Below, in pieces: positions 31,939-42,800 of a stretch of 64,000 bases of DNA. The notes under the pieces are model-generated. The model did not search any database, was not told where the DNA came from, and was given only the letters and a program-made list of their open reading frames with translations. Numbering within the stretch: position 1 is the stretch's first letter; every line of letters begins with the position of its first letter. Where the stretch lies: positions 1,056,001-1,120,000 of the forward strand of contig CAVOKF010000007.1 in assembly GCA_963696385.1 (NCBI GenBank), read 5' to 3'. This stretch comes from an uncultured delta proteobacterium. Its GTDB lineage: Bacteria; Myxococcota_A; Polyangia; Polyangiales; Polyangiaceae. The position numbers and the translations under genes are program-made.

Positions 31939-33461
31939 GCGATAGAGAGTGGCAACGCGTGACGCGCCACCGGTGCCGTTCGGCCAAATGCTCGCTCGTA
32001 GTCGCGAAACGAGCCCCCGGCGTAAACGGCATCGATCAGTGCAAATCCCTCGGCCTCGCCGCCTTGGGCGAGCACGTACTCGACCCACGCCCAACGCGCG
32101 CTCGTGGCGCGAACATCCGCACGTCCGCGAAGCCCCCGGCGCAGACGCGCAAGCCGATGCTCGACGACGGGGATGCCAGCGAAGGGCTGACCGTCCAGGG
32201 GCGTGTTGCGCTTCGCGCAAAATGGGGCGATTCCGAGCGCCAGCGGGAGGATTCGCGAAAGCTCCGCCGTAAACTCGACGCACTCGTCGATGTCGGCATC
32301 GGTCTCGCCGGGCGTGCCGACCATCAGGTAGAGCTTGAGACGATCCATGCCGTGCTTTTTTGCGAGTTCTGCGCACTTCAAGAGATGCTTCGGACGAGCT
32401 CGTCGATCGAGCCGTTCGCGCACGCGCTCGCTCGTCCCGTCCATCGCCGTCGTGAGCGTCCGATACCCGACGCGAGCGAGCGCCGCGACGAAGTCGGGGT
32501 CGGCAGCAAGGCGATCGGGGCGCAACGAGGAAAGGCCGACTTCGCAACCGCGATCCGCCAGGGAGTGGACGATCGACACGATCTTGGGGTGATCGCTCAC
32601 GGCCGCGCCCACCAGTCCGACGCGGTGGGCGTCTCGCGGGATCGTGTCGAGCACCACCTCGGCCGGAACGATGCGCATGCCGCCGTTGGTCGAACGGCGC
32701 ATCACGCAATAGCTGCAGCCGCGCGAGCACCCCCGTTCGGTTTCGATGAGAAACATGTCCGACAGTTCGGTATTCGGGGTCCGAATGGCCGAGAACGCAG
32801 GCAAAAGCGCGTCGTCCACCGCGCCCACGGGCGGGAGGACATCGTGCCGGGACGGAACGAAGACGTGGGGAATCCGGGCCAGCAAGTCGAGCTGCGCTTG
32901 CCGGCTGGAAGACTGGGCCGCTCGCATGGCGTCGATCACCCGAGCCTCCGCTTCGCCGACGATGATCGCATCGACGATGCCGGCGAGCGGCAGCGGGTTC
33001 GAGAAGGTCAGCGGGCCGCCCGCGACGACGAGCGGATACGTGCCGTCTCGATCGGCCCGACGCGGCGGAATACCCGCCGCGCGGAGCATCCGCACGACGC
33101 CAGCGATCTCGAGCTCGTACGCCACGCTGAACGCAAGGACTGGAAGTTCGTCGATCGGTCGAAGCGATTCGTAGGTCAATGGGTGCTCGGTCAGGAGCGC
33201 CGCGTCGCTTTCGCACTCGTCGTCGAGAAATGCGCGCTCGCACGCCAGCCCCGGGGCCTCCATCAGCGCTCGATAGATGCGCTGATACCCGAGCGAGCTC
33301 ATCCCGACTCGATAGGGCGACGGATAACAGAGGGCGATCGTGAAGGGAGCCTGCTTGGCGATCCGGCCGGTCTCTTCGGCCAAGCGCTGGCGTATTCGCT
33401 CGCGAAGGATCACGGAAGGCAACGGACCCCCCTTCTTGACGGGTTTTCGCCCCGTGCGCAA
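31935..33461 (-). CDS. B12-binding-domain-like radical SAM protein
   Basis: YPSPYRVGMSSLG, AGGP...NP, and CxxxCxxC motif ERGCSRGCSYC. Confidence 0.85.
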   Translation of the reverse strand: MRTGRKPVKKGGPLPSVILRERIRQRLAEETGRIAKQAPFTIALCYPSPYRVGMSSLGYQRIYRALMEAPGLACERAFLDDECESDAALLTEHPLTYESLRPIDELPVLAFSVAYELEIAGVVRMLRAAGIPPRRADRDGTYPLVVAGGPLTFSNPLPLAGIVDAIIVGEAEARVIDAMRAAQSSSRQAQLDLLARIPHVFVPSRHDVLPPVGAVDDALLPAFSAIRTPNTELSDMFLIETERGCSRGCSYCVMRRSTNGGMRIVPAEVVLDTIPRDAHRVGLVGAAVSDHPKIVSIVHSLADRGCEVGLSSLRPDRLAADPDFVAALARVGYRTLTTAMDGTSERVRERLDRRARPKHLLKCAELAKKHGMDRLKLYLMVGTPGETDADIDECVEFTAELSRILPLALGIAPFCAKRNTPLDGQPFAGIPVVEHRLARLRRGLRGRADVRATSARWAWVEYVLAQGGEAEGFALIDAVYAGGSFRDYERAFGRTAPVARHALPLSIA

Positions 33462-33470
33462 ATCGACCCG

Positions 33471-34949
33471 CTAATGGGGCGCCTGCCGAGCGCCACCCAG
33501 CATGCGTCGCCGCAACTTCGAGCCTTTCCGGCCATAGCCGAAGTACACGGCCAAGCCCACGGCCATCCACACGAATAGGCGGATGATCGTCGCGGTCGTG
33601 GCCGTGTACATGAGCAATCCGGACGTCAGCGCACCCAGAACCGGAACGACAAAGGGCCCCCCCGGCGCTTTGAAGGCGCGCGGGAGATCCGGCCGCCTGA
33701 GCCGCAAGATCATCACGCCGATGCTCACGAGAACGAACGCGAACAGAGTTCCAATGCTCGTCAGTTCGGCCAAAATATCGATCGGCAACACGCCTCCCGC
33801 AACGGCGCATACGACGCCCGTGATGATCGTCGTGACGTACGGCGTGCCAAAATGCGGATGGATCTTCGCTGCGCCCGCCGGGAACAACCCGTCATTGGCC
33901 ATGGCGAAGAAAATCCGCGGTTGGCCGAGGAGCATGACGAGCATGACGGAGGAGAGACCCGCGATCGCCCCGATCTCGACGGCCGTGGCGAGCCACAGCT
34001 GTCCGGTGGCTTCCACGCCGAGCGCGATCGGGTGCGGCACGCTGAGCCTCTTGTAGGACACGACGCCGGTCAGGATCAGCGAGACGGCGATGTACAAGAC
34101 GGTGCATACGGCGAGCGAACCGAGAATGCCGATCGGAAGATCTCTCTGCGGGTTTCGCGTCTCCTGCGCCGCCGTCGAGACGGCATCGAATCCGATGTAA
34201 GCAAAAAAAACCATCGTTGCGCCTTGCAGCACTCCGGAGGCGCCGAAGCGACCGAAAGGCCCCTCGTTGGGGGGCACGAACGGGTGCCAGTTTTCCGTGC
34301 GCACGAAGCGCGCCGCAAAGGCGATGAACAGCAGGACGACCGCAACCTTCACGACCACGATGATGGAGTTGAAGCGCGCCGATTCCCGGATCCCGCGCAC
34401 GAGGAGCGCGGTCACGGCGACAACGACGAGGACGGCGGGGACGTTGAGGTACGCGCCGGTCGCCCGAAAATGATCGCCCTGCCACACGGTGGGCGCGCGG
34501 GTCCACGCCGTCGGCAGGTCGATGCCGAACGCATCGTGAAAGAAGGCGACGACGTATCCAGACCAACCGACGCTCACCGCAGCCGCTGACACGAGATACT
34601 CCAGGATCAAGTCCCAGCCGATGATCCACGCGACGAGCTCGCCCATCGTGGCGTACGAGTACGTGTACGCACTGCCCGCGATGGGAATCATGGACGCCAT
34701 CTCCGAGTAGCAAAGGCCCGCGAAGGCGGACGCGACACCGGCGACTACGAACGACAATGCGACCGCGGGGCCCGCGTTCGCGGCGGCGGCGCGTCCGGTC
34801 AGGACGAAGATGCCCGTCCCGATGATCGCGCCGATGCCGAGGAGCACGAGATCCACGCTCGTGAGCGATCGCTTGAGACCGTGCTCGCGCGCCGCTTGCT
34901 CGCGAAGCTCGTCGATCGACTTCGTGGCAAACAGTTCGCGAATCGTCAT
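33471..34949 (-). CDS. APC-family amino acid permease
   Basis: GAIIGTGIF, GSAYTYSY, FAYIGFD and about 12 TM helices. Confidence 0.9.
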   Translation of the reverse strand: MTIRELFATKSIDELREQAAREHGLKRSLTSVDLVLLGIGAIIGTGIFVLTGRAAAANAGPAVALSFVVAGVASAFAGLCYSEMASMIPIAGSAYTYSYATMGELVAWIIGWDLILEYLVSAAAVSVGWSGYVVAFFHDAFGIDLPTAWTRAPTVWQGDHFRATGAYLNVPAVLVVVAVTALLVRGIRESARFNSIIVVVKVAVVLLFIAFAARFVRTENWHPFVPPNEGPFGRFGASGVLQGATMVFFAYIGFDAVSTAAQETRNPQRDLPIGILGSLAVCTVLYIAVSLILTGVVSYKRLSVPHPIALGVEATGQLWLATAVEIGAIAGLSSVMLVMLLGQPRIFFAMANDGLFPAGAAKIHPHFGTPYVTTIITGVVCAVAGGVLPIDILAELTSIGTLFAFVLVSIGVMILRLRRPDLPRAFKAPGGPFVVPVLGALTSGLLMYTATTATIIRLFVWMAVGLAVYFGYGRKGSKLRRRMLGGARQAPH

Positions 34950-34958
34950 GGCCAGCTT

Positions 34959-35756
34959 CTACCGCAGCGGGACACCCTCGAATACACGAACGAACGTCCG
35001 CGGCGCGGTGCGCTTGCGCAAGCAACGGGTCGCGGCGGGCATGTACGTGGCCGTGAAGGCCCGCCGCGTGCGTCCCGACACGTTCCGACCAGACCGATGC
35101 CACAAGTGGTTGTGGATGAGCAGCACCTCGCCGGCGCGCGCTGCAAGCGAGACTTTGCGCTCGTCGGGGCGGACTCGCTCGCGAATCTCGGCCGGGATCA
35201 TTCCACCGAAGGGGCGCGAGAGACCCCCCGAGTGGCTGGCGTCGAGCACTTCGACACAGCCCGCTTCAATCGGAGCGTCGTCGAGGGCCGTCCAAATCTG
35301 CAGCTCCGGATCTCGGTCAAGCCCCCAGAAGCTGCCACCATCCTGGTGCCACGGCAGGTCGGTCCCGCCGCGCGCGCCCTTCGTGAACAACGTCGCCCGA
35401 TAGATGGACACGTCGGGTCCCACAAGGCGTCGGGCGATCCGTTCGAACAGCCCATTGGCGAGCCAGCCGCGAAAGAGCGGATCGACTTCCAGCTTCTCGA
35501 CTTTCCGGTACTCGAGGCTCGGCCCTTCCCAGCCACGGCCAAAGACGAGATCTTCGTAGCGTCCAGAGTGCGAGTCATGCTGAAAGAACAGCCTCGGGTC
35601 GATCACTCGGCCGAGCATGATGTCGTCGCAACGCGCACGGATCGTCGCGAGGAATGCATCGCTCGCCACACGTCCGACCCGGGCCCAACCGTGCTCGCGG
35701 AAATGCGCGATCACGGCGTCCAGATCGATGGAATGCGCGTTGGGGGCGAGCATCAC
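34959..35756 (-). CDS. PhyH-like Fe(II)/2-oxoglutarate dioxygenase
   Basis: PWHQD, WTALDD...GC, WHRSG.N.S...RR. Confidence 0.85.
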   Translation of the reverse strand: MMLAPNAHSIDLDAVIAHFREHGWARVGRVASDAFLATIRARCDDIMLGRVIDPRLFFQHDSHSGRYEDLVFGRGWEGPSLEYRKVEKLEVDPLFRGWLANGLFERIARRLVGPDVSIYRATLFTKGARGGTDLPWHQDGGSFWGLDRDPELQIWTALDDAPIEAGCVEVLDASHSGGLSRPFGGMIPAEIRERVRPDERKVSLAARAGEVLLIHNHLWHRSGRNVSGRTRRAFTATYMPAATRCLRKRTAPRTFVRVFEGVPLR

Positions 35757-35912
35757 GGCGCGCGGTTCGCGTTGGTTGGGGTTGCGCGCCTGGCAAGAGG
35801 GCCGAGGCGTTCCGCGAGCGCCGCCTCGGTCGACAGAGCGACCCGGTTACGGTCGCACCCCGGCGATCCCGCAATCCTACGCTCGGAGTCGTGGGCGTTG
35901 TAGAAGTCTGCG

Positions 35913-36584
35913 GTGTCGAAGCGACCCGTGCCCAGCTCGAGCGCGCGCGCCTTCGTCATCGCCACCATCGTCATCGGAGCGCCGACTTTGCCATCTTTCG
36001 CGCTGTCGCACACGCTTGGACTGTCCACGGCCGATTTCACGGTCCAGCCCGATGGACGCGTGCAGGCCCGGTTCGTCTTCGCGAGTGCCGAGCCGCTGGG
36101 CGGCCTCTGGCTCGATCGGGATCGCAACGGCGTGGTGACGTCCGAGGACGTGGCTGCGGCGCGCGGCGATCTCGAAAGGTTCATCCTCGACGGAGTCGAC
36201 TTCACCGCCGACGGCGATCGCTGTCCAGCGACCTTCGAGGCAGCGTCTCTGAGCGAACTCGACGGCCTGGTGCTCACCGCGCGCTACGCGTGTCCAGACG
36301 ATGCCGACTCCGTCGAGGCGACTTTGTACTACTTGAGCGCCTTACCTCGCGGACACCGCGAGATCGCCCGCATCGTCGCCGCGAGCGCCACGGCGGAAGC
36401 CGTGATGACGGCGGACCGACGTGCTGTCCGGCTGACCTTGCCGCATTCGGTACGGCGACCGGGTCGTCGTCGCGTGCCACGGTCGTGGTTGGCCGCAGGG
36501 CTCGTCGCGGCCATAACGGCGTGGTTCGCTCGAGGCGTTTGGCACCGACGACGGGCCAAGACACACACCAGTGCCACGCCTTAA
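35913..36584 (+). CDS. Secreted protein resembling the N-terminal domain of myxobacterial HupE/UreJ-like proteins
   Basis: Signal peptide then His at the mature N-terminus, EF-hand-like DRDRNGVVTSED, two Cys, one C-terminal TM. Confidence 0.5.
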   Translation: MSKRPVPSSSARAFVIATIVIGAPTLPSFALSHTLGLSTADFTVQPDGRVQARFVFASAEPLGGLWLDRDRNGVVTSEDVAAARGDLERFILDGVDFTADGDRCPATFEAASLSELDGLVLTARYACPDDADSVEATLYYLSALPRGHREIARIVAASATAEAVMTADRRAVRLTLPHSVRRPGRRRVPRSWLAAGLVAAITAWFARGVWHRRRAKTHTSATP

Positions 36585-36641
36585 ACCACGAGAGCGGCAC
36601 GTGATGCAACGGCTCGCGCTGCCCTCCTGTCTCGTGAGACA

Positions 36642-37943
36642 ATGCCCACCGTGACCCATCGCAGCAAGTTAGCCATCGCCGTCGCCGGAGGTCCCGCGCC
36701 GGGAATCAACAGCGTCATTGGGGCCGCGACCATCCGCGCGTGCCTTTCGAACGTCGAGGTCCTCGGCATTACCGAGGGGTTTCGGTGGGTGATGACGGGA
36801 GACACGTCGCGCGTGGTCCCGCTCACAATCGGCGACACGAGCCGAATCCACTTCCGGGGCGGGTCCATGCTCGGAATCTCCCGCGCAAACCCGACCAAGA
36901 GGCCGGAGGCGATGCGCCACGTCCTCGAAGCCTTCGAACGGCTGGACATCGGCATGCTGGTGACGATCGGCGGCGATGACACGGCGTACACCGCATACAA
37001 GCTGGCGCAAGCGGCCGCCGGCCGGCTGCGCGTCGTTCACGTTCCAAAGACGATCGACAACGATCTCGACTTGCCGCACGACGTGTGGACGTTCGGATAC
37101 CAAACGGCTCGCGCCCTCGGCGTGGACATCGTTCACAACTTGATGGTGGACGCGAAAACGACCGGACGCTGGTACTTCGTCGTCGCCATGGGGCGCAAGG
37201 CGGGCCACCTCGCGCTGGGGATAGGCAAGGCGGCCGGCGCGACGCTCACGCTCATCCCGGAGGAATTCCGGACGCGCACCATCCGACTGAAAAACATCGT
37301 CGACATCGTCGCCGGCTGCATCGTCAAGCGGCTGGCTTACGGGCGTGAAGATGGCGTCGTGGTCCTCGCCGAAGGATTGGCCGAATTCGTTCCGCCCGAG
37401 GATATGGCGGAGATCGAAACGGCCGAGCGCGACGAACACGGTCACGTGCGGCTGGAGGAAATAAGCTTCGGAGAAGTCCTCAAGACCCGCGTCCGCGCGC
37501 GTCTTGCGGAGATGGGCATCAAGCCGACCATCGTCGCGAAAAACATCGGCTACGAAGTCCGTTCCGCGGACCCCATCCCGTTCGACCTCGAGTACACGCG
37601 CGACCTCGGATACTGCGCTGCGAAACACGTCATCGAGGGGGGTTCCAACGTGCTCGTCTCGATCCAGCAGGGTCGATTCGCGCCCGTGCCCTTCGACAGC
37701 ATCATGGACCCGCAGACCGGGCGCATGCGCGTCCGAATGGTCGACATCGACAGCGATCGGTACCGAATCGCCTATGCCTACATGCTCCGCTTGAAGAAGT
37801 CGGATCTGGAAGACGCCCAAGAGCTCGCAAAGCTCGCGGCGGCGGCCAATACGACCCCGGATCGTTTCCGCGCCGAGTTCGAATACCTGGTCGAACGCGA
37901 GCCGGTGCCGTCGATCGGACCCGGCGCAGCCGTCACCGCGTGA
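36642..37943 (+). CDS. pfp: PPi-dependent phosphofructokinase
   Basis: GGPAPGIN, GGDDT (the PPi-type Asp), PKTIDND, MGR. Confidence 0.9.
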   Translation: MPTVTHRSKLAIAVAGGPAPGINSVIGAATIRACLSNVEVLGITEGFRWVMTGDTSRVVPLTIGDTSRIHFRGGSMLGISRANPTKRPEAMRHVLEAFERLDIGMLVTIGGDDTAYTAYKLAQAAAGRLRVVHVPKTIDNDLDLPHDVWTFGYQTARALGVDIVHNLMVDAKTTGRWYFVVAMGRKAGHLALGIGKAAGATLTLIPEEFRTRTIRLKNIVDIVAGCIVKRLAYGREDGVVVLAEGLAEFVPPEDMAEIETAERDEHGHVRLEEISFGEVLKTRVRARLAEMGIKPTIVAKNIGYEVRSADPIPFDLEYTRDLGYCAAKHVIEGGSNVLVSIQQGRFAPVPFDSIMDPQTGRMRVRMVDIDSDRYRIAYAYMLRLKKSDLEDAQELAKLAAAANTTPDRFRAEFEYLVEREPVPSIGPGAAVTA

Positions 37944-37957
37944 CAGGGGGATGGACC

Positions 37958-39730
37958 CTAGGTCTTTTTGAACAGGCGCCCGAACAGTCCGGTCTTCGTC
38001 TCGTCCGTGGGTCTCGACGGGTCACTGCCTGAGCGAGGTTGCTTCGACGGACGGTCGCTCGAGGACGGTCGGCCGCCTCTCATCCGATGGAGGCGGACTT
38101 CGCGTGCGGCGTCGATGTTGCGCGGATTGAGCTCCATCACGCGCCTGAAGTCGCGCAGAGCCGCATCGGCCTTCCCGATGCGCTTGTAGATTTGTGCGCG
38201 ATAAAAGTAGGCTTTGTCGCACTTGGCGCTCATGCCAATCGCGCGGTCCAGGAGCTGGAGCGCGTCACGCGTCTTCTCGCCCGATTGATTCTCGGGTTTG
38301 AGCGCGATGAGCCAAGCCAACAGGGCCAAGTAATCGGGCTGAGTGGCGTCGGCCTCGACCGCTTTTCGGCAAAGCGCTTCGGCCTGCACGGTATCGTTGC
38401 GGCGGAAACAGACCTCGGCCTTCTGAAAGTTCGTTGCGGCTTCGACGACCTTCGCGACGATCTCCTGAGTTTCGGGCGATCCGCTCCCGTCGGCGAGTAG
38501 GCGCATATAACGGGCCCGGAGATCGTCGTCCGTCAGAGTGGCGCGGGCTTCGCTCATCCGGGAAAACACGCGTGAGCAGGCGTCGCGCACCAGCGCGAAC
38601 TCCGCTGGAAGGCGGTCGGGGTGCCACTGCTTGGCGAGCGCGAGAAACTGCGTTTCGACTTCATCGCGAGTCGCATCCCGCGCCAGATCAAGCATCGAAA
38701 AGTAGTCGGCTCGATCGATGGTGGCGGCTCGATCGACGATTTCTTTCCACCTTGCCGCGAGCTCGGGCGCCATGTCGGCGGGAATCGACGCGAACGACGG
38801 AAGCGGACGCCGAGCGGCGTCCGGGATGGCCGGCCGCGAAGTCCGGCGCATCGGCACCGGCGAAGCGACGGAGGGCCGTACGGCCGCCGGCGGCACGGAC
38901 GAAGCCGCCGCAGGGGGCGCCGGCGAAACCGCAGAGGCACTGGGCCTCGACGCCGAGGACCTCAAGACCTCGACCCTTTTGGTGACCAGCAGCAGATAGA
39001 CCAAGAGCTGGGTCTTGGCGTCGTCGAGACCGCTCATCGCCGGGAGCTCGCCGACCGGCGTCGGCTGCGCGGCGAGGAGCTCGACGGCCGCGCTGCACTC
39101 TTTGCCGATCCCGAGCCGGCCCAGATCGGCGCCCCGTACAAGCCGCAGCGACGACCCGGCGATTCGACCGAGCGCGGCGTCGACGTGACTACGCGGCGGG
39201 CGCTCCTGAAGCAACGGCCATATCATCCCGAGCGGATCGAACGGTTCACCGGCGGTAGCAGGATCGGGCCCCCAACCGCATAGACCGTCGAAAGCCTGGT
39301 AGTATGCATATGTGGTCTCGACCGAGAACGAGGCGACATAACGCAGCTTCCGTAGGAGCTGGTAGCGCAGCCCCGCTTCCAACTGAGAGGCGTCGATGAG
39401 ACCGCCCTTCAGAAGAATCTGCCCGTGAAACGCCGGGCCCGAGCTCTTCGCCGTCGTGAGTTCGGCAAGCGAAGTCGCCAGCTGTTGTTCCGTGAGAAGG
39501 CCGAGATCCAGGAGCCCGCGGCCAAGGTACGCAACAGGCTCACCCGTGCGGGCTTTCGATGGGCGACCGTGCTGGAACAGCAGTGTGGCGGTTCGACCGT
39601 CCGGCGCCGCCAGTTCGACCGTTCCCGAGAGCTCCTTCTCCAAAAAATACAGGAGCAGATGGATCAGCGGACTGCGCGCAAGCGTGCCGATCGCGGTGGG
39701 CTCGGGTCGGGTCGCAAGCTTTTCACCCAT
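37958..39730 (-). CDS. DUF4388-like + J-domain + TPR protein
   Basis: N-terminal domain typical of myxobacterial DUF4388-like proteins, Pro/Ala linker, DYFSML...WHPD J domain, C-terminal TPRs. Confidence 0.8.
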   Translation of the reverse strand: MGEKLATRPEPTAIGTLARSPLIHLLLYFLEKELSGTVELAAPDGRTATLLFQHGRPSKARTGEPVAYLGRGLLDLGLLTEQQLATSLAELTTAKSSGPAFHGQILLKGGLIDASQLEAGLRYQLLRKLRYVASFSVETTYAYYQAFDGLCGWGPDPATAGEPFDPLGMIWPLLQERPPRSHVDAALGRIAGSSLRLVRGADLGRLGIGKECSAAVELLAAQPTPVGELPAMSGLDDAKTQLLVYLLLVTKRVEVLRSSASRPSASAVSPAPPAAASSVPPAAVRPSVASPVPMRRTSRPAIPDAARRPLPSFASIPADMAPELAARWKEIVDRAATIDRADYFSMLDLARDATRDEVETQFLALAKQWHPDRLPAEFALVRDACSRVFSRMSEARATLTDDDLRARYMRLLADGSGSPETQEIVAKVVEAATNFQKAEVCFRRNDTVQAEALCRKAVEADATQPDYLALLAWLIALKPENQSGEKTRDALQLLDRAIGMSAKCDKAYFYRAQIYKRIGKADAALRDFRRVMELNPRNIDAAREVRLHRMRGGRPSSSDRPSKQPRSGSDPSRPTDETKTGLFGRLFKKT

Positions 39731-39827
39731 GGGGACGGTAACCGGACGACGGGAAGGGTAGCGTGGGGGTTTGGCTCGCGCGAGGTGGCACCCAGGATAT
39801 AAGCTTCTAACCCTCGTTGCGTTGAAG

Positions 39828-42800
39828 ATGTCGAAGACGCCGCCGGTGGCTGCCCCGCAGGAAATCGCGCAGTTCGATGTGGTGCGCCGTCTCGGCGCCG
39901 GCGGCATGGCTGAAGTCTTCCTCGCGAAGAAGCTCGGCGCCGAGGGTACGCACAAGGTCCTCGTTCTCAAGCGCATCTTGCCGGCGCACGGGAGCTCCCG
40001 GCGCTTTCGCGCCATGTTCATCGAGGAGGCCCGTCTGGCCGCACGGCTGAACCACCCGAACGTCGTACAGGTCTACGAGTTTCAGGATTTTGGCGACCAA
40101 GGACTGCTGCTCGCCATGGAGTACGTCGAAGGCTGCGACCTCGGACAGCTCATGGCCTCCGCCAAGTCCAAGGACGCGCCGATCGACCCGTGGGTCGGGG
40201 CGTGGATCATCGCCGAGGCGGCCAAGGGACTGCACTACGCCCACGAGAAGAAGGACGAGGCCGGCCAACCCCTGGACATCGTCCACCGCGACGTGAGTCC
40301 GCAGAATATCCTTCTGTCGTTCGAAGGCACGGTCAAGATCGCGGACTTCGGGATCGCGAGTGCCCGTCTGTTCGCCGAGGAGCAGGGCGTCCTCAAAGGG
40401 AAATTCGGATACATGTCGCCCGAGCAGGCCCGCGGCGAGACGGTGGACCGCCGTGGTGACGTCTATTCGCTCGGTGTGATCTTATGGGAAATCTTGGTGG
40501 GACGACCCCTTCATGGCGGACTGGGGGGAGAAGCCCTGATCGACATCGTTCGATCGGGAATCGTCGAGCCGCCGTCGACTTACGCGAACGAGATTCCAAG
40601 CGAGTTGCAGACGATTGTGTCGAAAGCACTCGCGGGACACCGCGACGCTCGTTATCGAACCGCACGTGAGATGGCCGCGGCCATCGGGACGGCGATCGTC
40701 CGCCAGGGCGAGCTGATCGACGCGGCCCAGCTCGAAGCGACGCTCACCCGGATCGTCGGACGGGCCCCGGCCGGCGAGGCACCCGATGCGCTCGGAGAGA
40801 GACCCGACGATGCGCGCACTCAGGCCGCTGTGCCGCTCGCAAGAAGCTTCGCTGAAGCCCATCCCGGCAGCCGGCGCGAGTTGGGCGCACCGGTCGAAGC
40901 ATCGTTCGGAGCGAGCGGGCGGAGACTTCCGTCGTCGGGCGCGCGACGCGAGGTTCGACATGTCGCGGTGTTGAGCTTGCGCCTTCACGGACTGGATGCC
41001 GCCGGGATGCCGCGCCGGATGCTGGATCAGCTGCGCAGCATGCTCGACAATCTGGCGTTCAAACGCGGCATGCGCTGGGGTTGGGTGAGCGGGATGGACG
41101 GGGCCATCGGGCGCGCGACCATGGCCGCATCGGCGATTTCGGGCGTCTCCTCGAACCCCTCGCGCGCGGCGAGCGACGCCGCCCAGCTCGCGCTCGATGT
41201 CCACGAGACGATTTCAGGCTTCATCGAGGATCGTCCCAACTCCGTCGCCGCCGCAATCGGAATCGTGCGAGGTGTCGCGAGTGGCGCCCGCGATGCGCAG
41301 GGGCACTTGGTTCAGTACGTTCTTCTCGAACCGGCCGCGCGACTCGCCGAGGTTCTCAGCGAGGCCGCCGCGCCCGGTCGCACATGGGTGGCCGGCGGTG
41401 TCTACCGACTCATCCGGCGCGACTTCCGCTGGGGCGACGTACCGAGCCTCGATCTGGACGACGCCCGGCCGGCGCTCTCCACGGACCTCGAGGTCCCCCA
41501 CACGATGCGTGTCTATGCCCTTGAGCGCAGCCTGTCCCGCGAGGAACGGCTGGAACTGCAAGGGGGCGCCACCGATCTGGTCGGACGCGACGCCGAAAAG
41601 GCCGACTTGCACGCCGCCTTTCACGATGCGGTGCTCAGTCGCGGAGGCGGCGGACAGCTCGTCTGCCGCGCCGTCATCGGCGAGATGGGCATCGGCAAGA
41701 CTGCCCTGGTTGCGACCTTTCTCGGGGAGCTTCCGCCGATTTCTCGCCTTCTGCATGTCGAGTGCACACCCGTCACGATGGAAGTACCGTACGCGGTGAT
41801 CGCCGAACTGGTGCGACAGGCGATCGGCACGTCGGGCGAGGAGCCGTTCGATCAGGTCGCGGCCCTCATTGCCAAGGTCGGCGGCGCGGCCTCCGGCGAG
41901 GAGTCGGTGTCCAGCCCGATGGTGGCCCGCCTCGCCGAGCTCGCGACGAATCGTCAAATGGCGGCTGGGGCCGAGGAAGATGCTCACGCGCGAAAGAAGC
42001 AGATACTGGACGGCACCCGGAGTCTGCTCGCGGCCATCGCGTTCGCCGGGCCGCTCGTGGTGCTCGTCGAGGGGATGCACTGGGCGGACAAGGCGAGCCT
42101 CGACTTGCTCGTGGACGTCGCGCACACCGGCGAGCCGTTGCCCATCTTTCTTCTCCTGGTGACGAGGCCCGAGGAACGCGTCGCTCACGTGACCCAAGAA
42201 TTGATGCGTGTCGAACTCCGAAGCCTCACCTCCGACGAGCAAGTTCGGCTCGTGGAAACGCGCCTGGGTGTGCGCGACGGGGCTCGGCAAGTGTGTGCGG
42301 ATCTACTCCCCAAGGTCGGCGGAAATCCGTTTTTCCTTCTCGAGATGGTCGACGCGCTTCTGGAGCGCGGTGCTCTCGAGATCCGCGAAGGCACCGGACC
42401 CGGCGGAGAGCGAGTCGCCCACTTGGCCCGAACGGAACGCGATGATGCAGGCTTTGCGGCTCTCCCCTCGACCCTCGAACAGCTCCTGGGAGACCGAATC
42501 CGCGAGCTGCCCGGGCCCGAGCACGTCGTGGTGGATTGGCTTGCGATAGCCGGCGGTCCCCTTCCCGTCGCGGACGTCGTCAAGCTGACCTCTCAGGAAG
42601 ACGATCGAGCGATCGTTCGGCTCTGTGCGCGGGGCGTCTGCGACCGAAAGGGGGAGCTCGTGGACTTTCGGCATCCGCTGACGCGCGAAGTGGCTTACGC
42701 CGCACTCGATCGCGACGACCGCGTCCGCATGCATCGCACGCTCGGAGAGCACCTGGCCGGAACCTCGCTCGCGCGCGGTCTTTCGGCCGCGATCGTTGCG

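Noticed and set aside
31939..33810. 1073-aa ORF as an ArgJ fusion
   Set aside because: The upstream part overlaps the radical SAM and permease genes in another frame and is Arg-rich noise.
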